Part shown: piece by piece, positions 24,771 to 30,542 of the stretch
Position numbering within the stretch: position 1 is the stretch's first letter
Layout of the letters: every line of letters begins with the position of its first letter
Virus record (IMG/VR): IMGVR_UViG_3300035660_000060
Span: 1-30,542 of that record
Length of the DNA stretch: 30,542 nucleotides
Source of the DNA: a virus
Taxonomy: Duplodnaviria > Caudoviricetes
Strand: one strand, 5' to 3'
The notes under the pieces: model-generated
Told to the model about the DNA's origin: nothing
Databases searched by the model: none
The model's input: the letters and a program-made list of their open reading frames with translations, nothing else
Position numbers and translations under genes: made by a program

Positions 24771-25784
24771 TTATTTTCTCCTTTTCATTACAGTTTGTCC
24801 GGTCCAGCCCACTCCCTTGAGCAGCACTGGACAGAACTTGGATGAATTAGCGAACGCCTTCACATAGACGCGAGTCGTAGTCGCGCCCTCGTTGGCAGGC
24901 GCCCGCACGAGTGAAGTTGCGAAGTACTTGATGCCGCTGATGGCGTTCACGATCTTGTCGCCCACGGTTTTCAGCACTTCGCAGCCAGGAAGAGGAATGA
25001 ACTCCATCGAGAAGGCATTGCGGAACTTGTTTTTGAGTTCGTAGAAGGTGCGCTGGAAGTCGGGGTGCGCCTTGTTCATGAGCATGCGGGCCCAAAGCGC
25101 CGGCGTCGACCCTATCTTCACGATCTTGGATTTGATGAATCGGCCGATCGGCGGAGCATCATTGTACATCGGGCTTGCATAGGGCGACTTGTGGTCCAGC
25201 CAGACAAGGTTGTGAGGCGGCTGAATCATGGCCACTTGGGCTTGATGCAGCGCCGGCAGCTCAAGAAGGTCCCCCTGCAAGTCTTTGACAGGCATGTTGA
25301 TGTACCCCTCGACGTAGACTTGGCCGGTGTGTGGATCCCCGACCGTCTTGAGTCTGGCAGGCATGAAGAGCGCGTATCGTCTCGAGACCATGGGGCGAAA
25401 GCTCTTGGTTCGGGCCGGCGACCATTCCGCTGCCTCACGGCCCATGCCCGCTCGAGTGGCGTGGTCCCGCACTATCTGCGCGACCTGTTGGTCGCTCATG
25501 GTCATGTGTTCTCGGCGCTCTTTCTCGAACTCTTCCTGCAGCCCTTTCAGGCTCATGAGCATTCGAACGACCGCCACCTGGGCCTCTCCGATTCCTTTCT
25601 CTTCTCGCCGGAGAATCTCCCGCTTCTTCTTTTCGTCCAGCTTGTTGTGCCAGACATCGCCGACTGTGGCTTGAGCACGCTCCGTAACCGTATCAGGCTT
25701 CCAGTCAGGATGAGCCTCGCGCAGGCTCTGCTTGACGTCACGCAGAGTCTGTCGGAACCACCGTTTGGGCGGTCTTTCAGGAAT
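24771..25784 (-). CDS. Prohead maturation protease (HK97/U35-like) with N-terminal extension
   Basis: VEGYIN..VKDLQGD, WLDH, PIGR, AFSMEF, TSLVRAPANEGA. The start is likely ATT at 25784; the track gives TTG 25871. Confidence 0.85.
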   Translation of the reverse strand: MPERPPKRWFRQTLRDVKQSLREAHPDWKPDTVTERAQATVGDVWHNKLDEKKKREILRREEKGIGEAQVAVVRMLMSLKGLQEEFEKERREHMTMSDQQVAQIVRDHATRAGMGREAAEWSPARTKSFRPMVSRRYALFMPARLKTVGDPHTGQVYVEGYINMPVKDLQGDLLELPALHQAQVAMIQPPHNLVWLDHKSPYASPMYNDAPPIGRFIKSKIVKIGSTPALWARMLMNKAHPDFQRTFYELKNKFRNAFSMEFIPLPGCEVLKTVGDKIVNAISGIKYFATSLVRAPANEGATTTRVYVKAFANSSKFCPVLLKGVGWTGQTVMKRRK

Positions 25785-25890
25785 AGCGTTTCCTCTCCTT
25801 CTATGACTTGAACGGAGAAGTAATGGGCCTAGGGGCCATATCTGAATTGTTTTTGGGCGAATTACCCACAAAAAGAGGCTGAATCGTTAC

Positions 25891-26112
25891 CTACTTCATG
25901 CAGCCATCGCATTCCCACTCTATGTCCTGCCCGTCCGGAGAGAGCACGATGTCGCCTTTCTCCCGCCACTTTTGGCAGGTCCTGCAGAGCCCGCCGGGGC
26001 GCCTAAGAATCGTCTGGACATGTTTGCTGCTTATCTGAAAGGACTTTGCCAGGTAACCTAAACTCGCCGTCTTTGAGCACAGCTTTATCAGCAGGCAGTC
26101 TCGGCTCGACAG
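25891..26112 (-). CDS. Zn-finger protein, start uncertain
   Basis: C-terminal CRTC...WECDGC in the 25891..26346 frame; the 5' end cannot be fixed. Confidence 0.35.
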   Translation of the reverse strand: MSSRDCLLIKLCSKTASLGYLAKSFQISSKHVQTILRRPGGLCRTCQKWREKGDIVLSPDGQDIEWECDGCMK

Positions 26113-26332
26113 CTTCCTGCGACGGTCGCCGTTCAGGGACTTTGTCGTATTTGCAGGGCTTGCCGGCGGCTTGGAGAAGGCAGGTCCACTCGGGGACAGG
26201 GGTAGGGTCGTCGTCAAGCCTGAGGCCGCCGAACAGGTTAATGCGGTACTCTGGGCAGCTGAAGCATTCCCACCGGTAGATGTGGACGGGCGCTTCTGTA
26301 CGCCCTGCGTATCGGGCATGTTCTGGGTACAT
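26003..26332 (-). CDS. Cys-containing hypothetical protein
   Basis: ATG about 27 nt from the TATA box (leaderless spacing); CFSC...C...C. Confidence 0.5.
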   Translation of the reverse strand: MYPEHARYAGRTEAPVHIYRWECFSCPEYRINLFGGLRLDDDPTPVPEWTCLLQAAGKPCKYDKVPERRPSQEAVEPRLPADKAVLKDGEFRLPGKVLSDKQQTCPDDS

Positions 26333-26356
26333 GGCTGTTCTACCATTTATCGACAA

Positions 26357-26387
26357 CCCTTATAAGAATCTCCTTACTCTCCTTACT
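26357..26387. promoter_or_regulatory. Bidirectional TATA promoter with tandem operator-like repeats
   Basis: Palindromic CTTATAAG at 26359-26366 exactly at the strand switch; CTCCTTACT x2 at 26370-26387. Confidence 0.65.
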
Positions 26388-26399
26388 TCGGCGACTGAA

Positions 26400-26522
26400 A
26401 TGAGCAAACAAAGATGTTCTTGCGGCTGGGTCTTATTTGAAGAGCCGCCCCCACCACACTGCTTGAACTCAAAGTGTCCGAACAGCCGAAAGCCCGACTT
26501 GAGTTGGCATGGAGACCGGTGA
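26400..26522 (+). CDS. Zn-binding micro-protein (40 aa)
   Basis: MSKQRCSCG...HCLNSKCPN; first ATG after the TATA box. Confidence 0.6.
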   Translation: MSKQRCSCGWVLFEEPPPPHCLNSKCPNSRKPDLSWHGDR

Positions 26523-26529
26523 ATGAAAG

Positions 26530-26643
26530 ATGGGTGCTTTGATGCAGCTGACAATTCGCCGAGCTGTGCAAGACTGGGCTGCGCAGCAGGCGAAGTGGTG
26601 GGCTGATGAGCTTCTGATGTTGCGGGGGCGGGACCATGACTGA
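26530..26643 (+). CDS. Hypothetical micro-protein (37 aa)
   Basis: [37 protein letters not shown] fills the gap before AbrB. Confidence 0.4.
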   Translation: MGALMQLTIRRAVQDWAAQQAKWWADELLMLRGRDHD

Positions 26644-26809
26644 GAAGCAGAAAGTGATTGGGCTGGCAAAGCTCACGAGCAAGGGCCAAGTCACCATCCC
26701 CAAGGACGTGCGCGACCGGCTGAAGCTGAAGACCGGAGACAAGATCGCCTTTGTCTTGAAGGATGGCGACGTGTGGATCGGGGCCTGCGTCGGAATGGTG
26801 ACCGCATGA
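26636..26809 (+). CDS. AbrB/MazE/SpoVT-family DNA-binding protein (57 aa; below the ORF-track cutoff)
   Basis: [29 protein letters not shown], a textbook motif. Confidence 0.92.
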   Translation: MTEKQKVIGLAKLTSKGQVTIPKDVRDRLKLKTGDKIAFVLKDGDVWIGACVGMVTA

Positions 26810-27507
26810 TGGACTCTCAGACATACGAGTATTGGCTGACCATTGTGACCAGCCGCATCTACACAAGGGACCGCTTCAGCAAGGAAGCTGGGCGCCTTGG
26901 CGTAAATCGCACCGTTCCAGCGGGCATCCTGAAAGAGCTCTGCTGGAAAGATTCGGTGCTGCTAGGCGACTGGACTGGTCGCAGAGCCAGACGCGTGGTT
27001 CACAAGTTGAAAGGCAAACCTGCGGTGGCAATCACAGCGCCCGAGGGCAGCCTTGAAGTATTCGCATACTTCACGGTCGACACCATCATTCCTGAAGGCT
27101 TCAGTGAGGAAGCTCACAAGGAATTCGTGGACAGCCTAGACGTAGCTGGAACCGTGGAAGCATCCGGACCGGTGCAGCGTGCGTGCGGCAGCTACACTCT
27201 CGGCGGCGGATATGAAGTTCGAGACTCCATCACCCAGGCAGTTGTGAAAGCCGAACTGGTGGCGGAGAAGCACCGGCTGAAGCTGAAGTGGTTCATGGGC
27301 GGACGCTTCTACCCAGTGGACCCGATTTCTGCGGGAGAAGGAAAGTGGACGATTGGCTACCGGAAGGTGCAGCTGGACAAAGCCATCACGCCGGGAGATA
27401 CACAGGTCAACCACGTGCGCTTTCTAGAGGACTATGAGCGCCGGCGTCACCTGAAGAAGATTGATGCGGAGCGGCTGGACGGAGTGCAGATGGGGTTTGC
27501 CGAGTAA
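26806..27507 (+). CDS. Hypothetical protein (233 aa)
   Basis: ATGA overlap with AbrB; globular; motifs [16 protein letters not shown] and VQRACGSY; no family recognised. Confidence 0.75.
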   Translation: MMDSQTYEYWLTIVTSRIYTRDRFSKEAGRLGVNRTVPAGILKELCWKDSVLLGDWTGRRARRVVHKLKGKPAVAITAPEGSLEVFAYFTVDTIIPEGFSEEAHKEFVDSLDVAGTVEASGPVQRACGSYTLGGGYEVRDSITQAVVKAELVAEKHRLKLKWFMGGRFYPVDPISAGEGKWTIGYRKVQLDKAITPGDTQVNHVRFLEDYERRRHLKKIDAERLDGVQMGFAE

Positions 27508-27697
27508 ATGGAAACTCGAGAAGGACCGCTCCTGCAGAACCTGCGGACAAGTCTTTCCTCGAGACACGCCTTGTGGCATATTTCTCAGCCATGTCCAGCG
27601 CTGCCGACACCAAGCATCCCTTTATGACCGCATGAAGCACTTGGTGAGCGGCGTAGTCAACAGAATTATGGAGAGATGGGGGTTCTTGAAGGAATGA
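27497..27697 (+). CDS. Zn-finger protein
   Basis: CRTCGQVF...HVQRC; TTG start. Confidence 0.55.
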   Translation: MPSKWKLEKDRSCRTCGQVFPRDTPCGIFLSHVQRCRHQASLYDRMKHLVSGVVNRIMERWGFLKE

Positions 27698-28008
27698 GCA
27701 GGCAGCGAAGGAAGGACCTGTGCCGAAAGATCAAGCTCCGCGCAGACGCTGAACAAGCTTTCCAGCGGAGCCTTCTGAGAGGCGTTCCTTTCGGCAGGGC
27801 GGCTTTGGCGTGCAGCTGGGGCGACCCGGCCACCCGGTTCGGCCGGCACTGGTACGACAGCAAGCCTTGGTGGCGACGCTTGATCTGGAAGCTACGCTGG
27901 ATCCAGCTGTGGCAGTGGCTTCGATGGCAGTGGCTCAAGCTGCGCCGGAAGGTTGCGGAGTTCAGGTACTCGGACGAGTTCCACTTCGCCGTTGACAAGG
28001 AGACTTGA
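27694..28008 (+). CDS. Basic Trp/Arg-rich hypothetical protein
   Basis: ATGA overlap; ends in the junction motif. Confidence 0.6.
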   Translation: MSRQRRKDLCRKIKLRADAEQAFQRSLLRGVPFGRAALACSWGDPATRFGRHWYDSKPWWRRLIWKLRWIQLWQWLRWQWLKLRRKVAEFRYSDEFHFAVDKET

Positions 28009-28013
28009 GAAAG

Positions 28014-28304
28014 ATGAGTTATCAAATGATTGAGGTTGTTTGGAATCTCCTGGAGTCGAATGCATCCGAGAGATATTTCATTGATGCAGCTGAGGAACCG
28101 GCCTTTCTGATTGGTCGAGGTCCCTGGGCCATCAACAGCGAGTGGACGCTCTACATGAATCACGTAGCTGCCATAGGATCATTCACATCTTTAGGAAAAG
28201 CTAGAGAACAGCTGCTCAAGATGATTCAAGAAGCGAAGAAGCCGGTCAAGGTGTTCCGGGAAACTCGGCGGGGCAAAAAGTTCTTCGCTGAGAAAGAGGC
28301 TTGA
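28014..28304 (+). CDS. Hypothetical protein (96 aa)
   Basis: Bounded by junction motifs. Confidence 0.7.
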   Translation: MSYQMIEVVWNLLESNASERYFIDAAEEPAFLIGRGPWAINSEWTLYMNHVAAIGSFTSLGKAREQLLKMIQEAKKPVKVFRETRRGKKFFAEKEA

Positions 28305-28310
28305 GAACAG

Positions 28311-28436
28311 ATGACGAACAGAAGGTGTGAATTTGCGGGATGCTTTGAACCAGCAACCAGAACACTGCGGCAGTTCATAATCACTTGGCATCTTTGCGAG
28401 AAACATCATGCAGCGTTGACTCACAAGGAGGCTTGA
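28311..28436 (+). CDS. Zn-finger micro-protein (41 aa)
   Basis: MTNRRCEFAGCFEPAT...HLCEKH...KEA. Confidence 0.7.
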   Translation: MTNRRCEFAGCFEPATRTLRQFIITWHLCEKHHAALTHKEA

Positions 28437-28440
28437 GAGG

Positions 28441-28590
28441 ATGGGTAAAGTAAGGTGGGAAACATGCAGGCGGTGTGGTGCAAGAGTTAGAGCGAAACGC
28501 GATGGAACATTCAGATTGTGGTATCTTCCCTATCACAAGAATCCTAAGACCAAGCAACTATGCGGCTGCATAGACTTCGGTGAGGCTTGA
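28441..28590 (+). CDS. Zn-finger micro-protein (49 aa)
   Basis: MGKVRWETCRRCG...PYHK...LCGC. Confidence 0.7.
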   Translation: MGKVRWETCRRCGARVRAKRDGTFRLWYLPYHKNPKTKQLCGCIDFGEA

Positions 28591-28596
28591 GAATAA

Positions 28597-28689
28597 ATGA
28601 GTCGCCCTAGTTGCTTCGGACATTATGATGTTCGCAACGGTGACTGTTACTATTGCTTGTTCAAGGAAAGATGCAAGAAGGAGGCTTGA
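28597..28689 (+). CDS. Cys4 micro-protein (30 aa)
   Basis: MSRPSCFGHYDVRNGDCYYCLFKERCKKEA. Confidence 0.7.
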   Translation: MSRPSCFGHYDVRNGDCYYCLFKERCKKEA

Positions 28690-28694
28690 GAACA

Positions 28695-28805
28695 ATGAAT
28701 GTGCCTGACTGTTTCGGCTGGAACTTCACACAGGATTCCCCAGAATGCCAAGATTGCCCTCACACTGATACTTGCGAGAAAGTAATGCAAAAGGAGGCGG
28801 TCTGA
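28695..28805 (+). CDS. Cys4 micro-protein (36 aa), paralogue of the previous ORF
   Basis: MNVPDCFGWNFTQDSPECQDCPHTDTCEKVMQKEAV. Confidence 0.7.
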   Translation: MNVPDCFGWNFTQDSPECQDCPHTDTCEKVMQKEAV

Positions 28806-28808
28806 GAA

Positions 28809-28988
28809 ATGAGTACCGCACCAACGGCAACTGCCCCTGTTCCAGTAGTGATTCAAGAACCCACTTTCTGCCTTCTTTGTGGACAACAACACTTCATGTA
28901 CGCACCTTTCTGTATGGAGTGCATTCGAAAACTCAGGAAGCTTTTGGAGATCAACTACAGTTATGCCGGAGGTCAATATTTGCCTTGA
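28809..28988 (+). CDS. Zn-finger micro-protein (59 aa)
   Basis: FCLLCG...FCMECIRKL. Confidence 0.7.
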   Translation: MSTAPTATAPVPVVIQEPTFCLLCGQQHFMYAPFCMECIRKLRKLLEINYSYAGGQYLP

Positions 28989-29036
28989 GGTCTGAGGAAT
29001 GAACCGCACCAAGAATACCACACGGGTGTGTTTAGA

Positions 29037-29417
29037 ATGACCGCAACCAACCAACCAACCAACCAACCAACCAACTGTATGGTACATACATACCATACCA
29101 TACAGTACGCTGCACGTGGTCCTTCTTTTCTTCGGTCCTTTCGTTGGCGAGACTTGGAAACCTACAACAAGTTCAAGGAACTCATGCAGCGAGAAGGAAC
29201 CTCGGTTAGCCAAGCCCTATTCAACTACATGTTTGGCTACGTGCAGGACCATTATCCGGGCAACCCTCAGCCAGTGCTCGGCAAGTTTCTCGACCCGCCT
29301 CCTGCCAAAGCTGTCTGTCCTACTGGCGAAAAGAACGATTGCCCTCTACACCCTGAGATTTGTGTTCACCGGAAACGCTTTGCCTGTAAGTTTGACCCAT
29401 GGGTGAAAAAGAAATGA
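29037..29417 (+). CDS. Ribbon-helix-helix-like regulator with Cys-rich tail
   Basis: RSFRW...YNKFKELMQREGTSVSQALFNYM fits strand-helix-G.S.S-helix; alternative start at ATG 29079. Confidence 0.65.
   Translation: MTATNQPTNQPTNCMVHTYHTIQYAARGPSFLRSFRWRDLETYNKFKELMQREGTSVSQALFNYMFGYVQDHYPGNPQPVLGKFLDPPPAKAVCPTGEKNDCPLHPEICVHRKRFACKFDPWVKKK
29044..29075 (+). repeat. Perfect tetranucleotide microsatellite (CAAC)8
   Basis: Counted directly. Confidence 0.95.
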
Positions 29418-29860
29418 ACTTCGAACAGTATCTAGTCGAAGTCATCATTGAATGGTTCAAGACTGATGTGCCAGCTATACCTGAATGGTACACAAAAAAC
29501 AAATTCCGCCTCAAATTTGTTCGAGAATATCAAATTCCAAAGGCATCTTGCAGAGTAGACCTAGCTGTTCTGTTTGACGATGCCCCTTTCTTCGTCTGGG
29601 AGGTAAAAGCATCTAGTTCTAAGGCAAACATCATGCGTGCCTACGAACAATGCTTAGAATACCGCGAGAAACTTCCCAAGAACTGCTATATCTTCATGGC
29701 TTTTCCCGTTTCACCTGACGAGGAAACGGATGTGGCCGACTCAATGAAACACATCGCCCGTCAAGCCTACGATAACAACATCCTTGTGGACTTCATTGAT
29801 CCCGTGAGTAGGAGGGTAAAGGAATTTCCTCTCTACAAAAAATGGCGGGGTGAGGTATGA
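29414..29860 (+). CDS. PD-(D/E)XK endonuclease (HsdR-N/restriction-like)
   Basis: REY..RVDLAV...VWEVK...AYEQCLEY (D, ExK, QxxxY). Confidence 0.8.
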   Translation: MNFEQYLVEVIIEWFKTDVPAIPEWYTKNKFRLKFVREYQIPKASCRVDLAVLFDDAPFFVWEVKASSSKANIMRAYEQCLEYREKLPKNCYIFMAFPVSPDEETDVADSMKHIARQAYDNNILVDFIDPVSRRVKEFPLYKKWRGEV

Positions 29861-29912
29861 GTTTGGTGATACGGTTTTGGATAGGCAAGAAACAGCAGGA
29901 GACACAGACAAA

Positions 29913-30002
29913 ATGAGCATACCTGATGAAGAAGAGTTTCCTGAAGAAGAATGGGCTGAAAACCCTGAAGACATTGAATCGGAAGAGGAAGAATGGAATT
30001 GA
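29913..30002 (+). CDS. Highly acidic peptide (29 aa)
   Basis: MSIPDEEEFPEEEWAENPEDIESEEEEWN; AGGAG upstream; TTGA overlap downstream. Confidence 0.5.
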   Translation: MSIPDEEEFPEEEWAENPEDIESEEEEWN

Positions 30003-30121
30003 AGCAGAAGCCTCCGAAAATTCGCTGCGACCAATGCGGCGCATGGACCCGTGAACCATACCCTTTCGGCCAACAGCAGCTTTGCCCAACATGCTTCAGA
30101 AAAACGGCGAAAGGGATGTGA
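29999..30121 (+). CDS. Zn-finger micro-protein (40 aa)
   Basis: CDQCG...LCPTCF. Confidence 0.65.
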   Translation: MKQKPPKIRCDQCGAWTREPYPFGQQQLCPTCFRKTAKGM

Positions 30122-30122
30122 C

Positions 30123-30329
30123 ATGACTACCGTTCTTGAGTTTCAGCGATTGAAAGAGCCGGAGCCGAAGCCTAGGCCGTCGTGGAAAATGCGAGACATG
30201 GGCTTCCAAAAATGCAATTACTGCAAAAACTCGTTTCTGCCTTCCGAGTTCTGCGGGTGCGGCCAAGCCCAACCCCACTGCCAACCCTGCCACTTCATCC
30301 TAATCAAAAGGGGGTTCATCTCAAAATGA
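30123..30329 (+). CDS. Cys-rich Zn-finger protein
   Basis: CNYC...CGCG..HCQPCH. Confidence 0.6.
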   Translation: MTTVLEFQRLKEPEPKPRPSWKMRDMGFQKCNYCKNSFLPSEFCGCGQAQPHCQPCHFILIKRGFISK

Positions 30330-30538
30330 GTTGGAGCGAGATTCAAGCCTACGAACATGACCTTGAACTGAAAGGCGTGTTCCGAGATCCACACAGCCAG
30401 TTTCCTTTTCCCTGTCCGTTTTGCAATTCGAACTTTTGTTCTTGGCATGATTTGTGCTGTCATCGAACTAGGGGCCGTTGTGAGGGGCCGAGGCGCACCG
30501 CGGAGCAAGAGCTGAAACAAATAGTTCGGCTACGGTGA
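30326..30538 (+). CDS. C2H2/C2HC-like Zn-finger protein
   Basis: FPCPFCNSNF.SWHDL..H....C. Confidence 0.65.
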   Translation: MSWSEIQAYEHDLELKGVFRDPHSQFPFPCPFCNSNFCSWHDLCCHRTRGRCEGPRRTAEQELKQIVRLR

Positions 30539-30542
30539 CAAG

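Larger units (their letters stand above)
27997..29001 (+). repeat. Dispersed gene-junction repeat (AAG)GAGGCTTGAGA-n-ATG, 7 copies
   Basis: Copies at 27997, 28293, 28425, 28579, 28678, 28791 and 28987; the core GAGGCTTGAGA is identical in four. Confidence 0.85.
1..30542. mobile_element. Tailed virus (Caudoviricetes, siphovirus-like) genome segment or provirus, probably of an archaeal host
   Basis: Terminase, prohead protease, capsid, adaptor and tail genes lie in typical order, with no cellular housekeeping genes. SD sites of GAGGTGA/GGGGTGA type occur (e.g. 3010-3016, 18944-18950) and TATA boxes precede operons. Confidence 0.9.

Noticed and set aside
24095-24820. 241-aa + strand ORF with (GS)n, and the other alternate-frame RD/IG repeat ORFs
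   Set aside because: Antisense shadows of the (DP)14 scaffold gene.
69-26279. Numerous + strand ORFs in the track left of about 26350 (and - strand ORFs right of it)
   Set aside because: They overlap better-supported, tightly coupled genes on the opposite strand and lack SD or motif support.
26636-27507. MazEF/VapBC toxin-antitoxin pair
   Set aside because: The downstream 233-aa protein shows no PIN or MazF pattern that I can recognise; a stand-alone viral regulator is more likely.
27997-29001. CRISPR or TIGR-like array
   Set aside because: The repeats have only about an 11-nt core, spacing is irregular (about 100-300 bp), the intervening DNA is intact ORFs, and no cas or Nop-domain gene is seen.
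1-30542. Specific host assignment (e.g. Bathyarchaeia)
   Set aside because: The signals suggest an archaeon, but no att site, tRNA or host gene is present; spacer or homology searches would be required.

Overview
About 30.5 kb of a head-tail dsDNA virus (Caudoviricetes) or provirus. It is siphovirus-like, since no sheath gene is present. An archaeal host is likely, judged from GGTGA-type Shine-Dalgarno sites, TATA/BRE promoters, AbrB and RHH regulators and many CxxC micro-proteins. A bidirectional TATA region near 26360 splits the window. Leftward (- strand) come prohead protease, scaffold, major capsid protein, beta-helix protein, adaptor, tail genes, a block of small accessory genes with nucleases and a DNA methyltransferase, a candidate lysis module, terminase subunits and a repeat-rich fibre-like protein. 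Rightward (+ strand) come AbrB, micro-ORFs joined by a conserved junction motif, an RHH regulator and a PD-(D/E)XK nuclease. No portal, integrase, polymerase, helicase, tRNA or CRISPR array was recognised. The most notable observations are five. (1) An exact 28-bp inverted repeat links a structured non-coding region beside a nuclease gene to the middle of a membrane-anchored cysteine-protease gene. (2) That gene is a holin-like/clan-CD protease/Ig fusion and a candidate S-layer lysis system. (3) The tail chaperone has a probable +1 frameshift at TTT-CGT, followed by a miniature tape measure. (4) Several genes appear to start at ATT, ACG or CTG. (5) A (CAAC)8 tract lies at the 5' end of a regulator. 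All calls come from motifs and synteny read by eye; no database search was run.
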